A stretch of 64,000 nt of DNA from an uncultured Pelagibacteraceae bacterium (GTDB lineage Bacteria; Pseudomonadota; Alphaproteobacteria; Pelagibacterales; Pelagibacteraceae), in the NCBI GenBank assembly GCA_902524955.1, contig CABZEY010000002.1, positions 56,391 through 120,390 of the forward strand, read 5' to 3'. The position numbers and the translations under genes are program-made. Below the pieces are notes generated by a model. That model did no database searches. It was not told where the DNA came from and was given only the letters and a program-made list of their open reading frames with translations. This document shows positions 10,161-21,284 of the stretch, piece after piece. Each line of letters opens with the position of its first letter. The stretch's first letter is position 1.

Positions 10161-10602
10161 TTATATTATCAACAAATTGCTCAAAATCTTTTGCTTCTTT
10201 AAAATCAGTATAAACTGAAGCAAACCTTACGTAACCGACATGATCTAGCTCTTTTAAGCCATCCATTACAAATTTACCGATAGTAGATGACATGATTTCA
10301 TTTTGACCTAAATCTTCCAAGCTTCTGTATATTTTTGAAACGAACTTTTCAATCGTATCGTTATCTATTGGTCTTTTTCTTAGTGCAGTTAGAATTGACT
10401 TAGTTAATTTATCTCTTTCAAATTGAGATTTTCTCCCATTTTTTTTTATGACGGTTAATTCTCTAAATTGTACTCTTTCAAAAGTTGTAAACCTTTGCTT
10501 CCCACATCCACATAATCTTCTACGTCTTATAGCGGTACCGTCCTCTGTTGATCTAGAGTCTATAACTGATGTATCTTTTTCTTTACAGAATGGGCAGAGC
10601 AT
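10141..10602 (-). CDS. nrdR: Transcriptional repressor NrdR
   Basis: CPFC, VIDSR, IRRRR.C, RFTTFER, YVRFASVY. Confidence 0.97.
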   Translation of the reverse strand: MLCPFCKEKDTSVIDSRSTEDGTAIRRRRLCGCGKQRFTTFERVQFRELTVIKKNGRKSQFERDKLTKSILTALRKRPIDNDTIEKFVSKIYRSLEDLGQNEIMSSTIGKFVMDGLKELDHVGYVRFASVYTDFKEAKDFEQFVDNINAQVKK

Positions 10603-10605
10603 AAA

Positions 10606-11892
10606 TTAGTAGATTGGAAACTTTTTACAAAGTTCAATTACTTTTTGCTTAACAGAATTTTCAGCCTTCGAATTATCATCTTTGTTATTTTTTAATCCTT
10701 TTAAAACTTCATCAACTAGTTCTGCTACAAGTTTAAATTCTGCCAAACCAAAACCTCTGGTCGTGCAAGCTGGTGTTCCAAGTCTTATACCTGAAGTCAC
10801 CCAAGGTTTTGCTTCATCGTATGGTATACCATTTTTATTACAGGTTAGATTAGCATTAACTAACGATTTCTCAGCCTCTTTACCCGTCAAACCTAAGGGT
10901 CTCAAATCAATCAAAACTAAATGTGTATCTGTTCCGCCAGAAAAAATTTCATATCCAAAGTTTTTTAATGTTTCAGACAAGATTTTAGCGTTTTCAACAA
11001 CATTTTTAGCATAAATTTTAAAATCATCATGCAACGCTTCCTTAAAACATACTGCTTTTGATGCAATAACATGCATCAGCGGGCCTCCTTGAAGCCCAGG
11101 GAACACTGCCGAATTAAATTTTTTTGCCAAGTCTTCATTGTTTGTTAAAATTATTCCACCTCTTGGACCCCTAAGGACTTTATGAGTAGTTGAAGTTACA
11201 ACATCAGCATAATCACATGGGTTTGGGTAAACTTTACCTGCAACCAATCCAGAAAAATGAGCCATATCTACTAAAAGAAATGCTCCCACTCTATCTGCAA
11301 CTTCTCTAAATTTTTTGAAATCAATTATTCTTGAGTATGCACTGCCTCCAGCAATTATTAATTTTGGCTTACATTCATTTGCTAATTTTTTTACTTGCTC
11401 ATAATCAATTAATCCTGTTTCCTTATCAACTCCATAAGCGACGGCATTAAACCACTTTCCTGATTGAGCTGGTGGTGCACCATGTGTTAAGTGTCCACCT
11501 TGATCAATACCCATTCCAAGAATTGTATCGCCAGGATTTAACAATGCTAAAAATACTGCACCATTAGCTTGTGCACCTGAATGAGGTTGAACATTTGCAA
11601 ATTTGACATTGAATAATTTTGTAGCTCTTTCAATTGCCAAGTTTTCTGATTTATCTACAAATTCACATCCACCGTAATATCTTTTGCCTGGATAGCCTTC
11701 TGCATATTTGTTCGTTAAAACTGAACCTTGTGCTTCAATAACAGCTTTTGATGCAATGTTTTCCGATGCAATTAGTTCAAGATGGTTTTTTTGACGATCA
11801 AGCTCTTCAATTATTGTACTGTATAATTCTGGATCGCTATCTTTTAAATTTTGATCAAAAAAAGTACTTTTAATGTTTAGCTCTTTAGACAT
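10606..11892 (-). CDS. glyA: Serine hydroxymethyltransferase
   Basis: [42 protein letters not shown]. Confidence 0.98.
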   Translation of the reverse strand: MSKELNIKSTFFDQNLKDSDPELYSTIIEELDRQKNHLELIASENIASKAVIEAQGSVLTNKYAEGYPGKRYYGGCEFVDKSENLAIERATKLFNVKFANVQPHSGAQANGAVFLALLNPGDTILGMGIDQGGHLTHGAPPAQSGKWFNAVAYGVDKETGLIDYEQVKKLANECKPKLIIAGGSAYSRIIDFKKFREVADRVGAFLLVDMAHFSGLVAGKVYPNPCDYADVVTSTTHKVLRGPRGGIILTNNEDLAKKFNSAVFPGLQGGPLMHVIASKAVCFKEALHDDFKIYAKNVVENAKILSETLKNFGYEIFSGGTDTHLVLIDLRPLGLTGKEAEKSLVNANLTCNKNGIPYDEAKPWVTSGIRLGTPACTTRGFGLAEFKLVAELVDEVLKGLKNNKDDNSKAENSVKQKVIELCKKFPIY

Positions 11893-12331
11893 TGTTAAAT
11901 TTTTTCACCCTTCTTGCATGCCTTCCTTTTAAAAATTTTGTCTTAAAAAAAATATTTACTATTTTTAAAGCATTAATTTTATTTGTCACCCTTGAACCTA
12001 GCACTAATACATTAGAATTATTGTGTTCTCTTGCTAATTTAGCTGTTTTTGTATTAAAAACTAGAGAAGCCCTTACTTTTTTATAACGATTCGCCATTAT
12101 TGACATTCCAATCCCTGAACCGCAGATTAAAATTCCATAATTATTTGAAGATATTTTTTTAGCTAATTTCTTAGCATAATCTGGGTAGTCAACAGAGGCG
12201 TCGCTGTGTGGACCGCAATCAGTAATTTTGAAGTTCCTTTTGCTTAAATAAGTCTTAATACTTTTTTTTAAATCGTAGCCAGCATGGTCAGACGAAATTA
12301 GTACCGAGTTTGTGATATTTTTTTTTACCAA
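11885..12331 (-). CDS. rpiB: Ribose-5-phosphate isomerase B
   Basis: SDHAG, SVDYPD, CGSGIG, AREHNN.N, GRHARRV. Confidence 0.95.
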   Translation of the reverse strand: MVKKNITNSVLISSDHAGYDLKKSIKTYLSKRNFKITDCGPHSDASVDYPDYAKKLAKKISSNNYGILICGSGIGMSIMANRYKKVRASLVFNTKTAKLAREHNNSNVLVLGSRVTNKINALKIVNIFFKTKFLKGRHARRVKKFNNV

Positions 12332-12386
12332 AATACATTTACTTTATATTATTAAATTAAAATCTCAACAAAACTGTATAAAAATA

Positions 12387-12830
12387 TTAAATCGTCAGAA
12401 ATTTTTTTTTGTAATACACCAGTGGCTTTAATTTTTTAATACTTGATATTTTTTTTATCTTCATAAAAAAGGTAAAATGATCACCAATTTTTATTTTTTT
12501 TAATGTTTTGCAATATAGAGAGCATATGGACATTTTTAATATTTTTTTAAATTCTAATTCACTTACTTTGTCATCATGAAATGCAATTTGATTAGCAAAT
12601 TTTTTTTGGTTATTACATAAAATTACAATAGTCTGACTTTTGCAATTTTTAAATACGTTAAATTTACTAGATTTTTTATCTAAACTCCATGAGATAATTG
12701 GTGGATTTAGAGATACTGATGTAAATGAGTTTACTATTATAGCATTATAAAACTCATATTTTTTTGAAAAAACACAAACTATCCCTGTTGGATAATTAGA
12801 TAAAGCCGATTTAAGTTTATCTATTTTCAT
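12387..12830 (-). CDS. Flavin reductase-like protein
   Basis: YPTGIV, NSFTSVSLNPP, GDH, PLVY. Confidence 0.8.
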   Translation of the reverse strand: MKIDKLKSALSNYPTGIVCVFSKKYEFYNAIIVNSFTSVSLNPPIISWSLDKKSSKFNVFKNCKSQTIVILCNNQKKFANQIAFHDDKVSELEFKKILKMSICSLYCKTLKKIKIGDHFTFFMKIKKISSIKKLKPLVYYKKKFLTI

Positions 12831-15064
12831 AAAACAAAATTTTGATCAAAACCCCTTGATATTTTTATATTATTTATTTTAATTGGCTTACCAGCCTTGC
12901 CTCTTTTAGATATGTAATTTTTTATATTTTTATTTAATTCTAAACCATTCTTTTCGTAATCATACAGTATTAAATCGTCTTCTAATGCATGAATTGAGAC
13001 AGTGTTATAATCTTTAGACTTAAAACTAATCACTCCTGAGCTTTTTTGCAGAGTTGGTACTTCTTTAATTTTAAAAATTAATAATTTGACAGTTTGATTT
13101 TTTCTTAAAAATATTGCAATAAAATCATCTTTCTTTCTATCAACCAAACATGATGTTTTAAACTCATCATTTTTCTTAATATTAAATATTTTTTTTCCAG
13201 ATTTTTTATTACTATACAGATCAATTGAATTTACAGAGAATATAAAACCTTCTTTTGAAGCCAATACTACTTCGCTTTTTTCAGAGTATTTGAAAATATC
13301 AATAATTTTTTCTTTTTCATTTAATTTTAAATAGGTTGATATTGCTACACCTTTGATTGAACCAAACTTTAATATTCTACAATCTATGGTATATGATTTT
13401 CCAATATTAGATAACAAACATAAATGATCAGTCGTTTTACAATTTAAAACTAAATTTGAATTATGATCGCCTTTCAAATCAGAAATTTTAAAATGACCTT
13501 TTTTTGCTTTTAAAAACTGATTGTTGATTAATGATATATTAATATTTTCTACAACTTCTAATTTAGAAACTAATTCATCATCCGTAAAAAATGTAAATTT
13601 CTCTAATACTGATTTTCTTTTACCAAATGCTGAATTATCGCCAAATATATAAATTACCTCTTCATATTCTTTATTTATCTCTTTTCTCTGTAGTGATTTG
13701 GAATTTAAAATTTTAGTTATCCTTTTTTTCTCTTGCTCGAGTACTTTAAATTCTTGCTTAATCTCATATTCTTCTATTTTTTTTAAATTTCTTAATCTCA
13801 TTTCTAAAATAGCTTCCACCTGGATTGCTGAAAATTTAAATTTTTTAATTAATTCTTTTTTAGGATTATTAGAATTACGGATTATTTTTATAATTCTATT
13901 AAGATTTTTATAGACAATTAAAAAGCCTTTTAATATTTCAAGTCTTTTTTTGATTTTATTTAACTGAAAGTAAAGACGATTATTCAGAATAATATAGCGA
14001 TGTTTTAATAAAGCCTTCAAAATATCTTTAAGATTCATTATTTCTGGTTCATTTTTTTCATTCAATACGTTCATATTAAGAAAAAATTTATTTTTAAGTT
14101 CCGTTTGCTCAAATAAGGAATTCATTAAATCTTCTGGATTAACATTTCTATTTTTAGGTCTTAAAACAATCCTTATACGCTCATCAGACTCATCACTGAC
14201 ATGCTCCAATAATTTATTTTTCTTATTGATTATAATATTTGCTATTTTTTCAATTAATTTTGATTTATTTACTGAGAATGGTATTTCTGTAATTACAATT
14301 TGATATAAGCCTCTTCCTAAGTCCTCTACTTTATATTTTGATTTTATTTCAAAAAACCCCTTGCCAGTATTATACGCTTTAAAAATTTCTTTTTTATCAT
14401 CTTTTAAAATGCCACCGGTTGGAAAATCTGGACCCTTAATAAATTTTAATAATTCTCTGACGTTACATCCTGGATTATTATTTAAATAAATTAGTGCGTC
14501 ACAAACTTCATTTACATTATGAGGAGGTATTGAAGTTGCCATGCCAACTGCAATTCCTGAAGATCCATTGGCTAAAATATTTGGGAATTGTGATGGTAAA
14601 ATCTCAGGCTCATCTAGCTCACCATCATATGTTTTTTTAAATGTAACCGTATCTTCTTCTATGCCATTTAAAATAAATTCAGAAATTTTGGTTAACTTAG
14701 TTTCGGTGTAACGCATCGCAGCTGCATTATCACCATCTACATTTCCAAAATTACCTTGGCCTTCAATCAGTTTATATCTTGTAGAAAAATCCTGCGCTAA
14801 TCTAACTAATGCGTCATAAACTGATTGATCTCCATGTGGATGGAACTTTCCGATTACATCACCTACTACTCTAGCAGATTTTTTAAATTGTGATTTTGGA
14901 CTAAGGTTAAGTAAATACATCGCATACAATAATCGTCTGTGAACGGGTTTTAAACCGTCACGCACATCAGGTAATGCTCTTTGTGTAATTGTTGATAATG
15001 CATAAGCAAGATATTTTTTTGCAAATTGCTGCTGGATCTCACCTTTGATAATATTGCTACTCAT
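12827..15064 (-). CDS. parC: DNA topoisomerase IV subunit A
   Basis: RALPDVRDGLKPVHRR, GKFHPHGD, AAMRYTE; alphaproteobacterial ParC type. Confidence 0.95.
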   Translation of the reverse strand: MSSNIIKGEIQQQFAKKYLAYALSTITQRALPDVRDGLKPVHRRLLYAMYLLNLSPKSQFKKSARVVGDVIGKFHPHGDQSVYDALVRLAQDFSTRYKLIEGQGNFGNVDGDNAAAMRYTETKLTKISEFILNGIEEDTVTFKKTYDGELDEPEILPSQFPNILANGSSGIAVGMATSIPPHNVNEVCDALIYLNNNPGCNVRELLKFIKGPDFPTGGILKDDKKEIFKAYNTGKGFFEIKSKYKVEDLGRGLYQIVITEIPFSVNKSKLIEKIANIIINKKNKLLEHVSDESDERIRIVLRPKNRNVNPEDLMNSLFEQTELKNKFFLNMNVLNEKNEPEIMNLKDILKALLKHRYIILNNRLYFQLNKIKKRLEILKGFLIVYKNLNRIIKIIRNSNNPKKELIKKFKFSAIQVEAILEMRLRNLKKIEEYEIKQEFKVLEQEKKRITKILNSKSLQRKEINKEYEEVIYIFGDNSAFGKRKSVLEKFTFFTDDELVSKLEVVENINISLINNQFLKAKKGHFKISDLKGDHNSNLVLNCKTTDHLCLLSNIGKSYTIDCRILKFGSIKGVAISTYLKLNEKEKIIDIFKYSEKSEVVLASKEGFIFSVNSIDLYSNKKSGKKIFNIKKNDEFKTSCLVDRKKDDFIAIFLRKNQTVKLLIFKIKEVPTLQKSSGVISFKSKDYNTVSIHALEDDLILYDYEKNGLELNKNIKNYISKRGKAGKPIKINNIKISRGFDQNFVL

Positions 15065-15683
15065 TTAAATATTTAAGAATCTTTAATCTGTTTTTAAAAT
15101 TAGATATATTAATTGTATCTACTAATCCATCAGTAATTATTTGGGTATTTAAATCGAAAATTATCTTTAAATCATCAAATACAAAATCGACATTTTTCCC
15201 AAATAAAAGATCTTTTATTTTATTTTTTAATTCTAGATCATCTAAATCAATACCATATCCCATTTTTTTCAAAAAATTAAATTCCCATAAAACATATGGT
15301 TTTAGACTGTCTGATTCTAATTTTTCTATGAAAGTATCAAAGTCTTTAAATGATCCGTCGTAAATTTGACGTTCTGGCATAACTTTTGAAATCAATTCAA
15401 TTGAAGTTAATAATAAATTTAATTTTATATTATCATTAAAAAATTTAATCGAATTATTTTCAATTAATTCTAAGGAAAAATAGCCCATCCTATCTTCATT
15501 TTTTGAATTATAATGTACTTTAATTTTATTGCCTAATTGCAAATCTGGCTTCTTTTTTTTTGAGGAACTGCCAAATAATAAACCAGTGTAGCAACCGTGA
15601 TACTCTGAAAAAACTTTAATTAATGATGTATTCTCTTTTGTAGAAATTATAGAAATTAAATAGGCTGTATCACTCCATCGCAT
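15057..15683 (-). CDS. recO: DNA repair protein RecO
   Basis: MRWSD..., HG...G, LQLGN; follows era; compact, no Zn finger. Confidence 0.85.
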   Translation of the reverse strand: MRWSDTAYLISIISTKENTSLIKVFSEYHGCYTGLLFGSSSKKKKPDLQLGNKIKVHYNSKNEDRMGYFSLELIENNSIKFFNDNIKLNLLLTSIELISKVMPERQIYDGSFKDFDTFIEKLESDSLKPYVLWEFNFLKKMGYGIDLDDLELKNKIKDLLFGKNVDFVFDDLKIIFDLNTQIITDGLVDTINISNFKNRLKILKYLNE

Positions 15684-16496
15684 TTATTTATTTTTTTGAG
15701 CAACTTTAATTTTTATAAAAAGATTAACTTTTTTTTTCATAATTTTTTCCAATTGTAATCTTGAATTTGTTCCAATTGTTTTAATCATATTTCCATTTTT
15801 TCCTAAAATTATTTTTTTATGGGCATTAGTTTTAACAATAATAGTTTGGTTAATTGTTATAAATTTTCCAGTTTTTATATTATTCGTTATTATTAAACAT
15901 TTATAAGGAATTTCTTTATGAACATAATTTAAAAGAGATTCTCTTGTAATCTCTGAGAAAAATTTTTCCTTACTTATTTTTCTTGAAAATTTTTTAGTTG
16001 ATCGTGTTGTATTTTTTTCAATATATTTTAATATTTTATCAGTATTAGCTTTTCTTAATGCTGAGATATAAAATATTTCATCAAAACTGTTTAAAAAATC
16101 TATTTCTTTTATTTTAGTTAAAATTTCATCATTATTTAATTTGTCAATTTTATTGAATACTAATATTTTTTTTTTTAATTTTTTTAAATTATTTTTAATT
16201 TTATCTAAATGTCTAAATTTATTATTAATATCTAATATAAAAATTACAATATCTGCTCTTTCAAGTCCCTGGAGTGCCTCCCTTAAGTAATTATCATTAA
16301 TATTATCTTTATAAAAACCAGGTGTATCTATAAAAATCATCTGTGTATTTTTATAATTTATTGAAAATTCAATATTAAAATTAGTAGTTTGAATTTTTTT
16401 TGAAACAATTGATACTTTTTTGTTTGCAAAACAGTTTAATAATGTTGATTTTCCTGAATTTGTTGGCCCAGATAATGCGACAAACGAAGATTTCAT
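15684..16496 (-). CDS. era: GTPase Era
   Basis: GPTNSGKSTL, DTPG, NKID, ISA, EITRE, EIPY, KH domain GKNG.MIK.IG. Confidence 0.95.
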   Translation of the reverse strand: MKSSFVALSGPTNSGKSTLLNCFANKKVSIVSKKIQTTNFNIEFSINYKNTQMIFIDTPGFYKDNINDNYLREALQGLERADIVIFILDINNKFRHLDKIKNNLKKLKKKILVFNKIDKLNNDEILTKIKEIDFLNSFDEIFYISALRKANTDKILKYIEKNTTRSTKKFSRKISKEKFFSEITRESLLNYVHKEIPYKCLIITNNIKTGKFITINQTIIVKTNAHKKIILGKNGNMIKTIGTNSRLQLEKIMKKKVNLFIKIKVAQKNK

Positions 16497-16498
16497 TG

Positions 16499-17173
16499 TT
16501 AAATTTTCAAATACTCTAATAGTTTTTTTGCTGCATTAGTTTCAGCATTTTTCTTAGAGCTTCCATAAGCAACAAACTCTTTAGTCTTCTCAATAGATAC
16601 CGAAACTTTGAATTTGGGTCTATGAGAAGGACCTGTATTTGATAAATACTTATACTCTGGTAATTTTTTATATAATTTTAAAGAATGTTCTTGCAACCTG
16701 GTTTTAGGATCAATGACTATATTTTCTGTTTTTTTTAATTTTTCACTCCAGATTTTTAAAATAAATTTTTTTGTTTGTTCAAAACCTTTATCTACAAAAA
16801 CAGCACCAATAATTGACTCGCATAGATCGCCCAATATTTTTCTTTTTCCTGCATTATTTTGCTTTTGGGCTTTACTCAAATTTAAAAATTGATCAATTTT
16901 TAATTCAGATATAACCTTAGAACATGTTTCTTTGTTAACTAGTGACGCAAGTTTTTTGTCTAATTTGCCCTCAGTATCCTTGGGATAAGTATCATTCAAA
17001 TAACTTGCAATAACTAAACCAAGAACTCTATCACCTAAAAATTCTAATCTTTCGTTATTAATACTAATATTAATAGATTTGCTTTTGTGTGTAAAAGCCT
17101 GCTTTAATAAAATCTTATTTGAGAATTTTATATTTAGAATTTTCTCTAATTGATTAATTTCGTTACTCTTCAT
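16499..17173 (-). CDS. rnc: Ribonuclease III
   Basis: NNERLEFLGDRVLG, DPKTRLQE dsRBD. Confidence 0.97.
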   Translation of the reverse strand: MKSNEINQLEKILNIKFSNKILLKQAFTHKSKSINISINNERLEFLGDRVLGLVIASYLNDTYPKDTEGKLDKKLASLVNKETCSKVISELKIDQFLNLSKAQKQNNAGKRKILGDLCESIIGAVFVDKGFEQTKKFILKIWSEKLKKTENIVIDPKTRLQEHSLKLYKKLPEYKYLSNTGPSHRPKFKVSVSIEKTKEFVAYGSSKKNAETNAAKKLLEYLKI

Positions 17174-17896
17174 TATATAATTTTTTTTAAAATTCTATCA
17201 AAACGTATAGACCTATGCCATTTCCAAAACTTAAAAAAATTACCAATACTGCCATCATTAGAAAAAAATAAAAATCTTGCTTTTCCAACTAAATTTTCTT
17301 TTTTTTACATATGCAATACTTAAGAATCTGCTATCTTTAGAGCAATCTCTATTATCTCCTAAAAAAAAGAAATGATTTTTGGGTACAATATAAGGATCAG
17401 TATTACTTAAAGAATTTTGTTCAAAATATGCAATTTCGTATTGGCTATCATCATTAATTTTTTCTTTGTATATATTTACTCCTAACTTTTCTTTTCCACA
17501 AAAAACAGTCCCCTTTCTTACAAATTCCTTCAAAACTTTTTTTTTATTTATATATAAATCACCTTTAATAAATTGAATTTCATCACCAGATTTACCAATC
17601 ATCCTTTTTATATAATCAGTTCTATTGTCTGAAGGAGTTTTAAATACAATAACATCTCCTCTTTTTGGTTCAGCATAAAATAATCTATCACTCATTATTT
17701 TTGGACTAAAAGGAAAAGAATGTCTGCTGTAACCATAGCTATATTTTGTAACAAACAATCTATCGCCAATTAGTAAAGTATTCTCCATAGACGAAGAAGG
17801 TATATAGAAAGGCTGTAATAGCAATGATCTTATTATTACTGCCAAGATTAATGCAATAAATAATGTTTTTAAATTTTCTAATATTTTTTTTTTCAT
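17173..17896 (-). CDS. lepB: Signal peptidase I (apparent +1 frameshift in A8 run at 17299-17306)
   Basis: IPSSSM, YIKR, GDNRDCSKDSRF; removing one A restores ...KKENLVGKARFLFFS...IRFDRILKKII* ending in a TAATG overlap with rnc. Confidence 0.93.
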
Positions 17897-17902
17897 TAAT
17901 TT

Positions 17903-18283
17903 TCAGGTCAATATAATAACTGTTGCAATTGCGAAAGGATAGTCATCACTAATTGATAAAAAAAATTTAACTTTTTTTAATTTCAACTTAGTTAAAATAC
18001 GTTTTTGAACGCTTTTATCTAATTTAATTTTTGGTGCACCATATTTAGTATGATTAATGCAAATTTCCTTAAATTGAATGTATTTTCCTATTCCCGTACC
18101 AAGGGCTTTTGCAAATGCTTCTTTTGCTGCAAATTTTTTAGCAATTGTATTTGCATTTAATTTTTTTATTTTTTTTTCATTTTTGTGAAGAATTTTTAAT
18201 ATAAAATTTTTTTTATTATTTTTTATAATTTTTTCAATTCTTTTAACATTTACAATATCGATACCAAGACCTAGGACTGACAT
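17903..18283 (-). CDS. acpS: Holo-ACP synthase
   Basis: GLGIDIV, FAAKEAFAKALGTG, LSISDD. Confidence 0.95.
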   Translation of the reverse strand: MSVLGLGIDIVNVKRIEKIIKNNKKNFILKILHKNEKKIKKLNANTIAKKFAAKEAFAKALGTGIGKYIQFKEICINHTKYGAPKIKLDKSVQKRILTKLKLKKVKFFLSISDDYPFAIATVIILT

Positions 18284-18284
18284 A

Positions 18285-19004
18285 TTAACTTAATAGTCTC
18301 TTAAATTTTTTAATTACTTTTGGAAAACCATCAAACAAACTTTCACCAATTATAAAGTGTCCAATATTATATTCATTAATATTTTTTATTTTATTTAAAT
18401 ACATAGTTGATTTATAATCCAAACCATGGCCAAGATTAAATTTCATCTTTGTTTTATCGCATTCTAATTTACATTTTTTTATTTTATTAAATTCTAAAAT
18501 TATTTTATTTTTATTTTTTGTTTTTATTGCGTTCGCAAACGAACCTGTGTGTATTTCAATTGCATTGGCACCTAATTTATGTGAATTTATTACATCTTTG
18601 GTACTTGGATTAATAAATAGGGAGACCTCTATATTATTTTTTTTTAATTTATTTATTAATATTTTTAAATTTTTGTGAGAAAGATTTAAACCACCTTCAG
18701 TGGTAACCTCTTTCCTCTTTTCAGGTACAATACATACAAATTTAGGTTTTAGTTTTAATGCAAAATTTACCATATTATTAGTGGGGGCCATTTCTAAATT
18801 TATTGGTTTTTTAATTTTTTTCTTTAGTAATAATGCATCTTTTTTATTTACATGTCTTTGATCTTCCCTTACGTGAATTGTGATTGAGTCCGCACCATAT
18901 TTAATTACCTCTTCGGCTGCTTTTAGAAGAACAGGATGATTTTCTCCTCTTGCGTTTCTAAGTGTTGCAACATGGTCAATATTTACGCCGAGTTTACTCT
19001 TCAT
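18285..19004 (-). CDS. pdxJ: Pyridoxine 5'-phosphate synthase
   Basis: LGVNIDHVATLRNAR, H.REDQRH, VPEKRKEVTTEGG, GHGL, NIGH. Confidence 0.97.
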   Translation of the reverse strand: MKSKLGVNIDHVATLRNARGENHPVLLKAAEEVIKYGADSITIHVREDQRHVNKKDALLLKKKIKKPINLEMAPTNNMVNFALKLKPKFVCIVPEKRKEVTTEGGLNLSHKNLKILINKLKKNNIEVSLFINPSTKDVINSHKLGANAIEIHTGSFANAIKTKNKNKIILEFNKIKKCKLECDKTKMKFNLGHGLDYKSTMYLNKIKNINEYNIGHFIIGESLFDGFPKVIKKFKRLLS

Positions 19005-19008
19005 AAAT

Positions 19009-19584
19009 TTAATTTTTTCTACTACCAGGCTTTACAGCTTTAATTTGTTTTAGGTGTTCTGGCAGCTTATCCTCTGAAAAAACAGGTATATTGAAATTAA
19101 TTTGAGATATAATTTCATCTATTTGAGAATTTCCACCGGAACGGTCTATAATGCAGGCATAACCAGAGATTTTAGCACCCAAACCCTGTAAACATTTTGA
19201 ACATTCTAGACTTGATTTTCCAGTTGTAACAACATCTTCTATGATCATTATTTTTTTATCCTTGCATTCGAAACCTCTTCTTAAATTAAATACATTGTTT
19301 ACTCTTTCTACAAAAATATTTGGAACATTGAGAAATTTTGAAACTTGATAACCAACTAATACTCCACCAATTGCTGGAGAGGCTACTAAATCAAATTCTA
19401 AATTTGTTTGTTTTATTTTTTCAGCTAAGGACTTACATACCTTTTCTGCAAGATCAGGGTACATCATTAGTTGTGCACACTGTAAGTATTTTTCACTTCT
19501 TAAACCTGATGAAAGAATAAAGTGACCTTCTAGTAGTGAGTTTGTTTTTTTTAGTATTTCTATAGTCTCTTTTTCACTAAGCAT
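19009..19584 (-). CDS. pyrE: Orotate phosphoribosyltransferase
   Basis: GHFILSSG, IEDVVTTGKS, KPGSR. Confidence 0.95.
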   Translation of the reverse strand: MLSEKETIEILKKTNSLLEGHFILSSGLRSEKYLQCAQLMMYPDLAEKVCKSLAEKIKQTNLEFDLVASPAIGGVLVGYQVSKFLNVPNIFVERVNNVFNLRRGFECKDKKIMIIEDVVTTGKSSLECSKCLQGLGAKISGYACIIDRSGGNSQIDEIISQINFNIPVFSEDKLPEHLKQIKAVKPGSRKN

Positions 19585-21284
19585 TAATTTGATTTTCTAT
19601 GTCTAATAATTTTAAAATTTATTGAACGTACTTTTAATTCAGAAATTAAATTTGTAAAATCTTTTAAATTTTTAATTTCAACATCAAAAATAAAACTTAA
19701 AAAATCTTCCTTTTTGTCTACTAACTCAACATTAAATATATTACATTTATGTTTGCCAATTAGAGTACAAATTTCACCTAATGTTCCAGCTTTGTGACTT
19801 AACAAAACCCAAATACTTGATTTGTGAACTTTGCTTTCATTCTTTACTGGTAATTTATCATGCCAATACCTTCTGATCGCACTTCTAGCTTTACCCGTTT
19901 TTGCATAAGATAGCCAATGATAAGAAGGGGACTTTTTAGTGGAACATAATATTTCAACGTGATCCCCATTTCTCAATTCGGTTTGTAGTGGCGAATGTTT
20001 ACCGTTTATTTTGCAACCTGTGCAGGTGTCACCAAGATCAGTATGAACTGCGTATGCAAAATCAACTGGTGTTGCTTTTTTTGGCAATCTAATGACTGCT
20101 CCATTTGGTGTAAAACAGAAAACTTGATCTGAATATAATTGTAATTTTGTATATTCATAATAATGCTCGGGGTTCTCTCCAGATTCTAAGAGTTCGACTA
20201 AATCTCTAAGCCATGAGTACTCGTAACTATTTTTTTTATCAATATTTTCATTTTTTTTATATAGCCAATGAGCAGCAACACCCCTTTCAGCATAATCATT
20301 CATTTCTGAAGTTCGAATTTGAATTTCAACTCTTTGTTTTTTTGGTCCAATTATAGTTGTGTGTACAGATTGATATTTGTTAGATTTTGGAGTTGAAATA
20401 TAATCTTTGAATCTTCCTGGTATTGCGCTCCACTTTCTATGAAACACTCCTAAAGACTTATAACAATCCATAATATTTTTTGTAATTATTCTAAAACCAA
20501 TTAAGTCTGTAATTTGCTCCAAAGAAACTCTTTTTTCATTTACCTTTCTCCAAATTGAAAATGGAGTTTTCTCTCTACCAATAACTTCTGCATCTATTCC
20601 ATTGTCAATTAATATACTTTTAATTTCGTGTAATACTTCATTAAAAATTTTTAATCGACTTGGTGCTATTTCCTTTACTCTATTTGTGATGAGCGATCTT
20701 GCTTCATCATTTAGCACAGCAAAAGACTTGTCCTCTAATTCATCACGAACTTTATGCATACCCATTCTCTCAGCCAATGGAGCATAAATTTCCATAGTCT
20801 CACGAGCTATTCTCTCTTTTTTTTCTTTATTTACAATTGAATTAATTGTTCTCATATTGTGAAGTCTGTCAGCTAATTTTACCAATAAAACTCTAATATC
20901 TTTAGAAGTTGCTAAGATAAGTTTCCTAAAATTATCTCCTGCCGTTAGATTTTTTTTTTCGGATTCTAATTTAGAAATTTTAGTAACACCATCAACCAAT
21001 TCAGCTATTTCACTACCAAATTTTTTTTGAACTTCTTTGAAGGTAACTGATGTATCTTCAATGGTATCATGTAGTAATGCAGTAATTATAGTGGGTCCAT
21101 CTAACTTTAGCTCCACTAAAATATTTGCAACAGCTAAAGGGTGACTAATATAAGGATCCCCTGAATGTCTTTTTTGAGATTTATGTGCCTCAGAGGCATA
21201 CTTGTAAGCATTTTTAATTATTTTTTCATCGACATAAGAATTATACGATTTTATTTTTTCAATTAATTGCAAATCATCAGACAT
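19584..21284 (-). CDS. spoT: Bifunctional (p)ppGpp synthetase/hydrolase (Rsh), compact
   Basis: HD domain LLHDTIED, KLADRLHNMRT, synthetase YQSVHT/EIQIRT, TGS DFAYAVHT, C-terminal ACT. Confidence 0.93.
   Translation of the reverse strand: MSDDLQLIEKIKSYNSYVDEKIIKNAYKYASEAHKSQKRHSGDPYISHPLAVANILVELKLDGPTIITALLHDTIEDTSVTFKEVQKKFGSEIAELVDGVTKISKLESEKKNLTAGDNFRKLILATSKDIRVLLVKLADRLHNMRTINSIVNKEKKERIARETMEIYAPLAERMGMHKVRDELEDKSFAVLNDEARSLITNRVKEIAPSRLKIFNEVLHEIKSILIDNGIDAEVIGREKTPFSIWRKVNEKRVSLEQITDLIGFRIITKNIMDCYKSLGVFHRKWSAIPGRFKDYISTPKSNKYQSVHTTIIGPKKQRVEIQIRTSEMNDYAERGVAAHWLYKKNENIDKKNSYEYSWLRDLVELLESGENPEHYYEYTKLQLYSDQVFCFTPNGAVIRLPKKATPVDFAYAVHTDLGDTCTGCKINGKHSPLQTELRNGDHVEILCSTKKSPSYHWLSYAKTGKARSAIRRYWHDKLPVKNESKVHKSSIWVLLSHKAGTLGEICTLIGKHKCNIFNVELVDKKEDFLSFIFDVEIKNLKDFTNLISELKVRSINFKIIRHRKSN

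Noticed and set aside
10141-10620. FMN riboswitch for the rib operon
   Set aside because: No leader space: glyA-nrdR-ribD-ribE-ribB-ribH-nusB abut or overlap
14815-14855. Gln at the ParC Ser80-equivalent (HPHGDQS) as a quinolone-resistance mutation
   Set aside because: To my knowledge this is a normal residue in alphaproteobacterial ParC
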